A DNA stretch of 64,000 nucleotides from Microthyrium microscopicum (taxonomy: Eukaryota), in contig MU004245.1 of NCBI GenBank assembly GCA_010405405.1, positions 437,256-501,255 on the forward strand, written 5' to 3'. Positions within the stretch are counted from its first letter, which is position 1. Every line of letters starts with the position of its first letter. Position numbers and translations under genes: made by a program. A model generated the notes under the pieces. The model did not search any database, was not told the DNA's origin, and saw only the letters and a program-made list of their open reading frames with translations. Of the stretch, positions 35,902 through 49,359 are shown one piece after another.

Positions 35902-36728
35902 ATGTTGTCTTCCACATACACCGCACTTGTAGCCATCGTGCTCCCATTCCTGGCAGCTGCCAGTCCTGCAACTCTGATGCCACCAGGATCAGCTTGCGGA
36001 GCAAACGCGAAGGACAATCCTTCCTGCACCAGCTCACCATTTGGAACCTGCTGCTCGGTCAACGGATACTGTGAGCACCATCTTCTCGGGGTAAAACCAT
36101 CTACTAATGTAAAGAAGGTGGAAGAGGTGTAGCATACTGCGGAGCTGGCAACTGCCAGGCAGGAGGTAAGTTCTGCTGAACATACTACTGAAACTGTTAT
36201 CAACACCTTAGATTGCGTTGCTCCCCTCTCGACTGTTACTACGAATGGTACCTGCGGGCCTCAATACGGCGGTTTGATCTGCGGTGACCGCGAATTCGGC
36301 CCATGTTGCTCTATTTATGGACAATGTATGACTTCAACAACATTCAACCCCATGCGGAATATTGACTGATATAATAGGTGGTCGTGGCGATGAGCATTGC
36401 AGTGCTACACTCTGTGGTAAGCACCAGTTTCAAGACCAGATTTCTGGACAATGACTAAAGCTCTTTGCAGTGAGCGGGCCTTGCCTGAAGGAAGACAAAA
36501 CTGTCGGCGGTCCATCCCTGGATGGTACCTGCGGATCGAACTTCCCTAATAACCGTACCTGCACTGGCAAAGCTGTGGCCCAGTTTGGTGCGTGCTGCAG
36601 CAACTTTGGCTTCTGCGGAAATGCCACTGAGCATTGTAAATAATCTTCTTCTTCGAGGCTTCACTCATACTGACTTTTGTTCAGGCGCAAAGGCGAACTG
36701 CGCCTCTGGTTCATGCCTGACACTTTAG
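35902..36728 (+). CDS. Secreted chitin-binding lectin with three hevein (CBM18) domains, 6 exons
   Basis: Signal peptide MLSSTYTALVAIVLPFLAAA, then CG..C..FGTCCSVNGYCGRGVAYC, GTCGPQYGGLICG..FGPCCSIYGQCGRGDEHC and GTCGSNF..C..FGACCSNFGFCGNATEHC after removing five GT-AG introns. Confidence 0.9.
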
Positions 36729-37471
36729 AGTCGAAGCCTAGGCTTGTATGAATCAACACTTGATTTAGGTAAATTTGGTAATAAAAAGGGCGAGAACAGA
36801 GTAATGTGGAAGCATGGAGCGGAAATAAATTTTAATGAAATATGAGCACTACTTGTGGTGTTGTAGTTATTGTTTTTAATGCTAGTCTGGTGGGATCTTG
36901 TTCTCGTATACATGTAGGTAGTTTTACCTCGTAATCATTCAGATACTTCCGCATTGTGACGAGCCATATTACCAAACAAGTCTGCAATGTCAAATATAAC
37001 TGCAAAACTATAACTTCATTGTCACCAGGTAGGTAATATGACAGAAGTGATAATGAATACTCTACTGTAGAACTACTGCCCTGCTTTCGAACTTCCCTAC
37101 GACATTCCTGGCTCCAGAGTCTTGAGCGGCTAACCATTTATTTCATCCTGCCTCTTCTTAATTATTTAACAAATCGATAATTTCCAATATAAAATCGAAG
37201 TATCAACATCAAATTCATGTCGATCTAAGTCTCACGCTAAAGGAAGCTAATTGACCAATCAGCCAATCAAAGTGAGCACATGGCAGGCTCGCGCCACAGC
37301 CCGCATCCGAAAGGGACGGTGGGCTGGACCTCCTCATTCATCAAGACATCGGATCCACGGACTATGAGCTATCAACTGACTCCTCTTCGGTGTGGTAGCT
37401 GCTCTTCCTGGGCCTCCCGCTGTGCCGCTTTCATCCTCATTGACAATAATCGCCGAAGACACGCCTGATAC

Positions 37472-39476
37472 ATGTCTGCCTCCCACCCGACGCGTCAGCA
37501 AACAAACGAACGTACCTCCTCCAAGACGTCTTCCACCTCCAACGAAGCCGATGACGAGCGCTCCTGGGCCTCTCCTCCAACTATGGGGCCCAACAAACCC
37601 CGCGGTGTGCCGCAGTATGATGGCGAAGATACAAGACAAACAAGCGAGAAGGAGCTGAGAGGATTTTATGCATATGGATGGGCTTCGGAGGTAGGACAGG
37701 ATGCCGAAGTTTCTTAGTTGTTTGTACTGATACGATATAGGTTTTCGTCATATGTGGGATGGGTACCTATTCCTTGAACATCGAGTCTTGAGATTGTTAT
37801 TGACACTTCCCTAGGATCTTTCATACCTATCACTCTCGAACAATTAGCTCGCGAAAGAGGAGTTCTCTCCACCGATCATACTACACCTTGTGTTACCGGC
37901 TTAGAACCCAGTCCTCATGGAAAGAAGCCTATAGAAGCACCGCAATGTATTCTACATATACTGGGGACTGAGATCAATACTGCCAGTTTTGCCATGTATA
38001 CCTTTTCAATAAGCGTTTTACTTCAATCGCTTTTGATCATTTCCATGTCAGGAGCCGCTGATCATGGAACGCATAGAAAGACACTGCTTTTGACATTTGC
38101 GTGGACTGGTGCAATAGCAACCATGTTGTTTCTCCCTTTAAACCCCGATATGCTTCTCGTTGCATCACTCATGGCAATAATAGCCAACACATGCTACGGT
38201 GCTAGCTCGGTATTGCTCAATTCATTTTTACCTGTTCTGGTCAGGAATCACCCACAAGTTCTCGCCGAAAAGGAATTCTTCCATAACGAAGTAACCACAG
38301 AAGATAACACCCCAGAAACGAATACACCAGATGGCACGTCGCTCGTTGAGACTTCATTGGCAGATGCTACAACTCCTCTCTTACCATCTGGCGCATCCAC
38401 ACCTCCTAACGAGCAACAATCAATCGAACTATCTATATCGACAAAGGTCTCATCATATGGCATTGGCATTGGATATATTGCCGCCCTTCTCCTCCAAACA
38501 GGCTCCATCATCGTCATAAAAACCACCGGATCCTCCCTCTTCTCTCTTCGTCTTGTGCTTTTCATCATTGGCCTCTGGTGGGCTGCATTCACATTCCCCA
38601 GTGCTCTTTGGCTACGCCCAAGACCAGGCCCACCCATGCATCTACCGCCTTCCGCAGGCACAGGTCGGACACTATTAGCATACGCTGTATATTCATGGAA
38701 ATCGTTAGCTCGCTCTATCATGCGCGCGCGCAAGCTAAAAGATGTTCTGATTTTCCTAGCCGCATGGCTCCTCCTTTCAGACGCCATAGCTACAGTCAGC
38801 GGAACAGCCGTACTCTTTGCCAAAACCTCACTACAAATGCGACCGGCTGCGCTGGCGCTAATCAACGTCATCGTCACAATATCTGGCATCGTTGGCGCAT
38901 TCACCTGGCGACGACTGTCCCATATCATGGGCTTGAAGCCACATCAAACCGTACTGACATGCATTGTGCTATTCGAAGCAGTGCCGCTTTATGGCCTAAT
39001 GGGCTACCTACCCATTGTCAAGCGCTGGGGAGTAGGCGGACTACAGCAAGGCTGGGAAATGTACCCAGTTGGCGCGGTCTATGGGTTTGTGCTCGGCGGA
39101 CTATCGTCATTTTGCAGAAGCTTATTTGGAGAGTTGGTGCCGCCTGGCTTTGAAGCAGCGTTCTATGCGCTGTATGCCATCACGGACAAAGGAAGCAGCA
39201 TATTTGGCCCCGCGATTGTGGGATTGATTACTGATGCCACTGGCCATATCCGTCCGGTAAGTGCAACCACATACAGTATTTTTATACACCACTGACAGCT
39301 TCCAGGCCTTTTTTTTTCTTGCGGCACTGATCGCAGCACCATTCCCGTTGCTCATGATGGTAGATGTTGAGCGCGGAAAGCGAGACGGCATCGCACTCGC
39401 AAAAGAGCTTGAAAGTGCCCAAGAACCATGGGACGATGATGTTGAAGATGCATCTCGTCCACTTTTAGAGAGCTAG
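37472..39476 (+). CDS. ATG22: Autophagy-related vacuolar amino-acid efflux MFS transporter Atg22, 4 exons
   Basis: [61 protein letters not shown] and [27 protein letters not shown]. Confidence 0.95.
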
Positions 39477-40367
39477 TCGTTATAGGTCTTACAGCAACTT
39501 GCATCGACAGGTGTTCTGTGTGGTCAGAATTTCTAATTGTTCAGAAAATTCAAATGTTTGGCGTTTCTGGAACATGCATCGGGTGTACCTGGATCTGTTC
39601 TTTTCGCTTATTGGCGCTAGTGAGTGTGCATCTGAGATCTTGCGAGATCTGGAGATGAAGAGCTATATTTAGCATTATTTTTCAAAGGATCAATTGGAGC
39701 ATAACCCCCTTTCGAGTCTTTAGTAGGCAGTTATGCATTCTACACACCAAACTTATTGAGACGTATTTGCCCAGTGATATATGGTGTATCGAAATCCTGA
39801 ACCGTTTCTTGGCGCACACAGACTGACATTTGGTAGGGATTGGCCGCGTTTAGAGTAACCATTGAACCCTTTGTTGGTCCACACATCCACGATGCAGCTC
39901 GTGAGCCCCACTGAGGGCTTACAGGGTTTCTAGTGGGACAAGGCATGTGTCCTTTACGTTTGTGCTCTCCGTTATAAAAATGGACTGAAGATTCAAGTTT
40001 GTCAGCACGACTTGATTACTGATGATGGTTTGTGGATTCGGAGGATTTAAACAATCAGGCTAAACACGAATCCTGCTGGGAACTAAAAGGTATCGAACCG
40101 ATCGGAGGTTATTGATAATTGGTACTCTAGACTGACCGGAATATTAATTCTGGTAGATGTGGACAGTTTATTCGTAATTGTCTAGATTGTTGGTGAGGCT
40201 CGAGCTGGGAACCAACGGATTTTATCAGCCTTGTCTGCTTGTACTTGGGACTAATGCCCCTGTGCATAACCGTATGCACGCTTTTAGTCTAACAGTACAT
40301 ACTTGACCAGTGGCCTCAGTAGTGGCCATTATGCAGTCGAGTTTAGGGGAGTGCTGAGCCTCAACTT

Positions 40368-40556
40368 TCAAGGAGTCAAAATAGAATGCGATTCAGGAGC
40401 GGTAAGAGAAAGTACGAACTGCCATCAGCAGCGATGGTCACCATCGTACCTCATAATGATGGCTCAAGGAGTCAAAATAGAATGCTCTTCAGGAGTGGCA
40501 AAAGAAATTACAAACTCCCATCAGCAGCGATTACCACCATCGTACCTCATAATGAT
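40368..40556. repeat. 96-bp tandem duplication, 2 copies
   Basis: TCAAGGAGTCAAAATAGAATGC...CCATCGTACCTCATAATGAT starts at 40368 and 40464, with 11 substitutions over 93 aligned bases and no indels. Confidence 0.95.
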
Positions 40557-41184
40557 AACTGGCTTGACTCCCCATCGTAATCGATAAAATGTGTACTGCT
40601 CTTCGCACTCGGTGGGACAGGGAGCACTCGAGGATAGAAAGGCGTAGATGGCAGCCAAAGAAGTCGATAGGAGCACGGCGTCTATTTTGACCAGCACAGG
40701 CAAGTCCATAACTTGAACTTTCTTAGTGATCCGGCATCAAAAGTTGAGAAGAATGAAGCCGATAGGTTTCATACGGTACATTGATTTGATGTGGTACTCA
40801 AGTTAACATCAGACCCTGAAATCTAGAGGCAAGTACGACCGTGCCCACAACTCCTTCCTCCAAAAAGACTGCACGAACACCACCAACTGGCAGGCGCAGA
40901 TCATTAATCCTTGCAGAATCCCTGCAAATCCCTGCGCCACCTGCTTGTTACCAAGCAGCTATACCCCTTTTGGCGAGGACACCTATTCTTTCCCCATCTT
41001 CTACCATTGCAACCCGTGCCTCCTTTAAGAGTCAAGTCCAGCAACCATTCCGAAAGCTGTCACCTTTCAACAACTTCACCCTTTCAACCAACTTCCATCC
41101 ATCAAATACCCGTTCGACATCTCGCATCCTTCTCGCTCATTAATCCATCTTACATCGCTGGTCCAACAGCTTCGAATACACAAT

Positions 41185-43242
41185 ATGCGGACGGCCGCCC
41201 TATTTTCTCTGGCTTTTGCAGCCCTTGCTGCTGCCAGCGACGTTGCGGACTTGAAAAAGGACACCTTCAACGACCATATCGAGAGCCATGAGCTCGTTCT
41301 CGCAGAATGTAAGTTTTACCATCATCTTATGTGGGAGCCATGGCCTCTTTTATTCAGCAGCAGCGGTGGTAGCCACCGTTGCTGTTGGGAGCGGCCAGAT
41401 ATCTCGCTCGGCCCAGGAGTTGGAAGAAACTCGGCTTTCCACTAGCCTAAACTTGCAACATTTCAGCTTTCTTCACGGCTTGCAATAACTTCGTCGTTCT
41501 ATTACTAATGCGCTGCTCACAGTCTTTGCCCCATGGTGTGGCCACTGTAAAGCTCTAGCCCCAGAATACGAAGAGGCTGCCACAACACTCAAAGAGAAGA
41601 ACATCTCTCTTGTCAAGGTCGACTGCACAGAACAAGCCGATCTTTGCCAAGAACATGGCGTTGAGGGATATCCTACTCTCAAGGTTTTCCGTGGCCTAAA
41701 GAGCGTTCAGGCATATCCTGGTGCACGCAAATCCGCTGCGTAAGTATTTGACATTTCCCAACGCTCCAAAGCTTGTCCGCTGACGTTTCATCTTTCGTAG
41801 CATCATTTCCTACATGACCAAGCAAGCCCTACCCGCCGTATCAGTTCTCGACAAGGACACCCTCAAAGATTTCAAGACCTCTGACTCAGTTGTACTTGTT
41901 GGCTATTTTGGCGCGGACGACAAGGCCTCTAACGAGACCTTCACCGCTGTTGCCGATTCTCTCCGCGACAGCTATCTTTTCGGTGCTATTAGCGACGAGA
42001 GTGTTGCTAAGGCTGAGGGTGTTGAGCAACCATCAATTGTTCTTTACAAGACATTTGATGAGGGCAAGAACACCTTTGACAAGAAGTTTGATGAAGAGGC
42101 TATTAAGAAGTTTGCCAAGGCCGCCGCCACTCCGTTGGTTGGTGAAGTTGGTCCAGATACCTACCAAGGTTACATGAGCGTATGTGTTGATATCTGATGC
42201 TCTACTGATTTGTGAAACTAACGATTGCTAGGCTGGTATTCCTCTCGCCTACATCTTCGCTGAAACCGAGGAGGAGCGCAAGGAACTCGCCAAGGAGCTT
42301 AAATCCGTCGCCGAGACATACAAGGGCAAGATCAACTTTGCCACCATTGATGCCAAAGCCTTCGGCCAACATGCTAGCAACTTGAACCTCGAAGTCGGAA
42401 AGTGGCCAGCCTTCGCTATTCAAGACACCGCCAAGAACCAGAAGTATCCTTTCGACCAAGGAAAGAAGGTCACTGTCAAGGACATCACCGCATTTGTCGA
42501 CGAGTTCAGCTCCGGCAAGGTCAAGCCATCCATCAAGTCCGAGCCTACACCAGAGAACCAAGATGGCCCAGTCACTATCATTGTTGCCAACAACTATGAC
42601 GAGATTGTCATGGACGACAAGAAGGACGTTCTCGTTGAGTTCTATGCTCCATGGTGCGGTCACTGCAAGGCTCTTGCTCCAAAATACGATGAATTGGGAG
42701 AACTCTTCAAGCCATTCGCTGACAAGGTAAGAATTCCCCATGCACAAAACCCATCATGATCGCGCTCGATGAGTCCCACCGCATTCGATGGTTCCCATTG
42801 GATGTGATCAGATTTGGAAGAGAACGTCGGATCTTATGATGTTTTTTGATTTTGCGATCCGACTTTGAAGAAAATCCTGATATATTCGGCTCGGCGAGAT
42901 ATTGCGATCGCATTCAATGGCTCCCAGCGCACTCGATGGCTCTCATGAAGATTGCTAACAAATTGTTTTCAGGTTACCATTGCCAAAGTAGATGCTACCC
43001 TCAACGACGTTCCCGATGACATCCAGGGATTCCCCACTATCAAGCTCTTTTTGGCAGGAAAGAAGTCGGAACCCCTTACCTATTCGGGAGGTCGCACTGT
43101 AGAGGACCTCACTGCCTGGATTAAAGAGAACGGTTCCCACAAGGTCGACGTTTCCGCCGACAAGAAGGAAGCCACAGAAGAGAAGAAGGAAGCCAAGCCT
43201 GCTGTTGTTGACATTGATGATGAGATCCACGACGAGTTGTAG
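41185..43242 (+). CDS. PDI1: Protein disulfide-isomerase, 5 exons
   Basis: Signal peptide, two thioredoxin active sites (FFAPWCGHCKALAPEY and FYAPWCGHCKALAPKY) and C-terminal HDEL. Introns include 41309-41522 and 42727-42972. Confidence 0.98.
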
Positions 43243-44698
43243 TAGCAACTCTCACCCAAAATACCCCTTCATATTCTCCTCTTGCCGACACACCTACTTC
43301 TCCCCCATCATACCCGCTTCTTCCCATCGCCTATGATTGCATTTATAAAGGGCTCTTCTTTCCATAGTATATCCTATCAGGAAACGGCGGTGTTTGGTTC
43401 AAATAAACTTTGATTGAGACTGTTACAAATCGTGCTTGATCTGGTGCTTTTTGATATTCGCGGTGGTGATTCCAGTCTTGACGAACCATTTTTTGCTTGC
43501 AATATGCTCGGCAATCAAGGCAGAAGAAAGGAAAGAGAGCCATGTCAGCTTGGCTGGGGTGTATCATCCTTCGCATTCTTCAAGTCCTGGTTGTCCCGTA
43601 AAGAGCATTCCTAATTGCTTTCTCCCATCAATGTCGATGGCTCCCACTGGCGCTATTAAGGAGAACATGCTATATCTCCCAGTGCATTTGATACAGTATT
43701 AAGAAAAGAGCGCCCTCCATGGTAAATAAAGCACTTGATAATAGAACGTGCAAATGGGAGCCAAAATTCCGTTGGGCGTGCCATCCATCTGTTTGGCTTG
43801 CAGCATTTTGAAAAGATGCATCAAACAGAACATCAGTCTAACTCGGTTAGGACTCGAGCAGGGGTACGTAAGCAATTAGTGCAAGCGGAATGGAAAAGCT
43901 TGGCGGCGGAGCCCAAACAGTCGGAAGGCAGATGCATGGCCCAATCCCGAGCCGGCGCTGCTTCATTTGGCAGCAACGACCCAGCCCAGCCCAGCAAAGC
44001 AAGCAGCCAAGCAGCCAGCGGCAGGTGCTACATACTAACTTCACTCAATCCCGTCACTGCTTCAAACCTCAACACCAACAACCAAACCCATCCTAATATC
44101 CTCATCCCACCACTTTTCCTCCTCTCCCTCCCATACTCTCCTCTCACTGCGCGCTCCATTGTCCTCCACACCCCGATTCGCCGACCATTCATCTATTCTT
44201 CGCATCCACCTCAAACCTTTCGCGACATCTACGCCCAGCCCGAGATGCCCTTGCGCGGATTTGCCAAACTTCACTGATTGAGCATTCCTTGTGCCCTTCA
44301 ACAATCACCTCTGGGCCGGCCCCCTTCACTTCGATCCGCATCATCTCCCTTTCACCCTCCCATAGCCGCCGAACTTCGCTCAGCGCAAAGTCGGCAAACC
44401 CATCAAGTGCATGTGTCAAACCCGGATATTACTTCACTAACCATCCCCATCTCGCCTTACCACGGCTCGAGCCTCAGTGCCAGCCTCTATCTATCATTCC
44501 TCACACTCTACTCTGAATCTCACAAACTATCGATCCGCTCATCGTCGCCTAACCGTCAACGCCACATTCATCACGATTTCACACCGCGCATTCGAGCCTG
44601 CGGACTGCGGCCTTCGGGCTTCTGTTCAGCTGCAGGCGGGACACCTCCCAGAGGTGCGGAGTTGAGGAGGCTTCTCTGACGGACTAGAGTTGGGAGGA

Positions 44699-47600
44699 AT
44701 GCCTGGGCGCATCTTTGTGACAATGTCTTCATCTGGCGCAAACGGTGCAGACCATGGCGTTCATAGCAAAAGCAATGGAAACACTGGATCCCTCGGCGCA
44801 GCGGGCAAATCCACACAACAACAGCAAAATGATAGAGAGCACCAATTTGCGGTACATGGTGGAATAAATGGCGATCACGGTCCCTCATTATCATCCCTCC
44901 AGAATGGCATCTCCAAGTCGGCGCATGTACTGTCCAGCCCTTCCCAAGGATTGACGAATGGGAATCCGGGCATCAATCCCATGGACCCCAATAACTCACT
45001 TTTCAATTTACCCGCAGAGGTGATCGAGTCTATGGAACTCGAGCTGACTCCGTTCAGTGTGTTGGTGGAGCGAGCATCACGACACACCTTCAAGACGTTG
45101 AATGAGAAATTGAGCCTGATGGTTCTGATGTCAGTAAATGAGCCTGGAATCAATGGCTCGTCACATCTCCCCTTCAATGGCGCTTCGCAATCTACGACTG
45201 GTAACAACAATAGTAAGAAGCGGGAGCTTTTGGAGTGGGCCAACACAAATCGAGAAATGTTCATCAAGCTCATGGTACTATCGGGATGGTCACATGCCAA
45301 CGCAGAGGTTATCATTCCACTGTTGAAACTCAAGTGGTGGTCAGATGCGCAGCATGACCATTTGAATCTGGTGCTTCGCGGGATCGCGGATGCAAAGAAT
45401 GGCTTTTTTAGATTTAAGCTCAAGCGCCCCGATATCCAAACATCGCTGGACGTGCTTGCGACAGGAACAGACTCTCGCATGCCTGATGTAAGATTTATTT
45501 CATCACAAATTGCGCTTGATGTTGACTAACAATTATCCTTTAGTTGGGTTATATACCAAAGCCAAAGTGTACTTCAAAGGAGGCCCTCCGGACTATACAG
45601 ACACTCAATACTCTGTTACGGATACGATTGACCGTTCATGAGGACCTTCCTCTCCATTTACGGAACTATACAGTCGTCGATGGCTGTGCGACCTTTTCAT
45701 TCCCGGGCGAATTCGAGTTTTCTGTTACCGTTGGAAGCGACGATCCATCCGAACAAATGTTTTTTGTGAATCTGAAGTTCCTTTTCGAGCCTTCTACGAA
45801 CCTAGGTGAAGGCCAGGCCATGGAATACCTTCGAAACAAGGTGGATGAGACGATATCTCTGAGTGGCCTTCCTGGCTGCTTCGACATGCTTAGAAATTTT
45901 GTTCAAACCCACCAAATTCGGATACTGCGAGAACAAACGACAACACTGTCGCAAGAAGCCTGGAAGTCGGTACTACGGCTTCAAAATCTGCATCGATGGC
46001 TAGTGGTGCACTATTGGACAAATAGCTCATTCCCTAAGAGCTGGCTTGAAATAGGCATTAGCAGCGAAGAGGGAAAGGAACGATTACTTCCTGGAACGAT
46101 CCGAATGCCCCAGATACGGTGCAAGTGGCGAATATTCGGAAAGCTAGTTGAGGACGAGGAGCTTGATCTTCAACTTCGGGACTTGTCCATGGGGAAGATA
46201 TTGAATCGCGCCATTGCTCGTCAAATAACCGAAATGTTCAAAACCGCGCAACAGGCACTTCATGAAAAGGCACCTGCAAGCGAGTTGCTCCACACCGAGC
46301 TGAATGAGTCAAATTCCAGTCCCCATCAATGCAGTTTGCGGGTACAACTGGGCGTGAATTCACGGCAGTCCAGTATCCATGTGGAGCCTTTCACCGGCAA
46401 TATTTGCATTAGACCAGTCTCGGACATATCGCCCATGGCGGAACGCGATTTAAACAGCATGAGTGACCCGATGAAAGAATTGGCCGACAAATTGGAAGTG
46501 TTCTTATGTCGGAATATGATTCAGCAATTCAATCAACAAGCACCGTTGAGCGGATGGGAGATCTCGCGATTATCTTTTGCACCGGAATATTTGGAAAAGA
46601 AACTTAGCAGCAAGAAGTTCATACGGTATGGCTTTTACAAGCCTGCTTGGTGGAAGCGTCGTGACTTCAACTGGTTCATTGCTGTCACCGTAAATCTTGA
46701 AGGGGAAAATTGGATGGCGATTCGAGTGTAAGTTGACCTTTTGCCATTAACGTGTGACCACGCTGACAATTACCAGAAGCTACGAGGGCAGTAGAGCAAA
46801 GATCGAGAGTGTTAATGACATTCGAATGCTGGATGCTGCCAGCAACCGTCAACCAATTGGTTTCCAGTTGTTGCGGAAGATCGAAATGCTTGCAATTCGG
46901 GCTATTACTTTACGTATCACCGCCGATAACCTGCTCTCCAGCGGCTCCAACGTCTCCGTCCAGTGGTTGCCTCAAAAACCCAGCTTGCCAGTCCGAGAGC
47001 AATATGGCCAACGAGTCGAAGAACTACTTTCAATACCGTCTCTTAATTTTAGCTTCACTCAAGTAGTTCCATTGGTCAAGAAGTTCCCATCGATTATATT
47101 TCCGGACAATCTTCAGTTACTATACGGACGGCATGACGCACTGCATTCGAAAGTCTCCGCGATAGTCAAGGGCTTTATACCTTGGATAGCAAACTTGGTT
47201 CCTGTCCTTTCTTCGTTCGATCCGGCCGTTACATTTGGACCAAGAGGTGTCTTTACAATTCGACTTGAGGCAGATTTTGGGGAGTCCCTTGACAAGCTCA
47301 TCAAGCAGCGTGTCACTGCACTTGTATACGCCACCACTATTCTTCTCAACCTCGACAAGGCTGGCATCAAGCCCTCACAGTCCTCTCTTTCGTGTATCAC
47401 GTTCACGTATTCGTCAGACATCAAGGACTCTCCTTCATACTCGCCTACACCACTCTCAATGGCACTAAATTTCTTGGCTAATCCCGATTCTGTAGATGCA
47501 GATGACGCTATCACAGCTTCGATAAAGTTTTTCCCTGAGCCTAACAACCCACACCAGCGTATGCACGACAATTTGGAAGAGATTGCTGCTGCTCGACCGC

Positions 47601-48373
47601 TACACTTGTTAAACACGCTTGAATATACTCTCCCACTGATAAGAGCTGCTCGGAGCGTAGAGCTGCATGGTAATGTAGTCAGAAGCTGGAAAGTCAGCCA
47701 GCTCCGCCTCGTGTACCCAACCATGCCAACTGTCTTTGAGGTTCAATACTCGGGTGTTCAACCAGGCCGTAAAGACAATCAGCCACACTGGCGCGTGTAC
47801 GAGAGCCGGCCTGGTGGTCGTACAAACGCAAACCAGCCAAACCAACGCAGCATGTACCCTCCAGGCTACGACGACGAGATGAAGGCCTTTTTCGGTAGAG
47901 CGCAGCATTCCGCTCGAGGCTTTAGCAACATGCTGATCTGCAAAACATCAGAGCTAGAACAAATCATCCTAGATTTGGATGTGCTGATGCGCCGTAAACT
48001 CGCAGAGCGTGATGCAATTGTCGCTGCCAACCGTAACAATGCCCCTGTTGGTGCTGGTCGTGGCGCTCCTCCTAGTGTTCGGCAACAAGGTCCTCCTCAA
48101 CAGCAACCGCCACAGCAAGTCCAAAACGTCAGTCGTCCGAATCCCAGCATGGGTCGTCCACTATCAGGCACCATGCGTGGCGGCGCACCAATGAACATGG
48201 GACGTGGAGGACCAATGAACCTCAACATGGGCGGCATGGGTCGTGGTGGCCCGCCTCAACAGCAGCAATACCAACAGCAGCAGCCTGGCCGACCAGGGCA
48301 GAATCAGCAGCAGCAAAATCGTGGACGAGGACCTGGGCCTGGATCAAATCGCGATGTTATCACTCTGGATTAA
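44699..48373 (+). CDS. MED14: Mediator of RNA polymerase II transcription subunit 14 (Rgr1), 3 exons
   Basis: FSVLVERASRHTF..KKRELLEWANTNREMFIKLMVLSGWS..PDIQTSLDVLATG, LNTLLRIRLTVHEDLP..VVDGCATFSFPGEFEF and a G/Q-rich tail ending DVITLD. Short introns at about 45488-45543 and about 46728-46778. Confidence 0.92.
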
Positions 48374-49359
48374 GGGACTCGTAGCTCTATGAAAGCATCT
48401 GGACTATGAAGGATTCCAATTCCTTCCGCCCACCCGCTCAAGCTTCTACGAAACTCAACGGCCGGGTCTCCTCATAGGCCAACCGAACTATCGATACTTA
48501 ATGGACAACACTGACGCTCATACCAAACGACATATCTTTCTTCCCAAACCCACATTCCCATCATCCCATTATTAAAACCAGTATTTACGGCCTCTCTGCA
48601 TCTCACGAAGCCAGCCACCAAGACTCCCAGTCTCTCGCAACGGAAGAGCCGTTGCACCCATTTTTGGTTTTGTTTAGCGAAGCTAGATCGATCATATGAA
48701 AAACGAAAGCTTCTTTTGGAAAAACCCTTCAGCCGTCCTGTTATTTTTCTCTCTTTTGCTACCATCGTATGTGTCATGTGATGAAAGAACTTGCATCTTG
48801 TGTTACTTCCTTGTATTTTTTCTTTGCTGCACTGGGGGCTGACTGATTTGTCAAGGTGGGCTCTTGGTCATTTTCTTGGGCGGAGTTTATTTTGCTGCGT
48901 AATACCATACCCTTTTTTGTTGCCACGCCGGTGCCAGGGACGGCTGTTTGGCGATTTTGTTTTGCGGCTTTTCAGATGATGTGTTTTTTGGGCGGGCGGT
49001 GGATTAGAATGCGTGCAGATTGACATCACGCTTTGTATTGTTTGCGGAAGAACGCGAGTCGTCTTTAATCATGGAGGAATTGAGAGACTCATAGGGTGGA
49101 AGAAACAGAAGACAAATGTAGAGTATGTAAGGTAGTGGAAAAGATGCAGGGGCAAAGTTAGGAAGAATGGATGATCCTTTCCCAAGGCTCCAATTATGAT
49201 CTTTACTGTGGACTACTATCTGGGCTAATTGTGGTATCTCATGCTACTGCGAACAAAACAAAAAAAAGTCCTTCATAACAGCAAAGAAATCCAAAAGACA
49301 TTTTTGAATGAGTCTCGCGGTCATGTGCTTATGCTGTGGTATTAATGCTCATAGATTGT

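Noticed and set aside
43735..44679. ORFs upstream of MED14 (180 aa and 133 aa)
   Set aside because: Non-ATG starts in a pyrimidine-rich promoter/5' leader; composition is that of UTR sequence.
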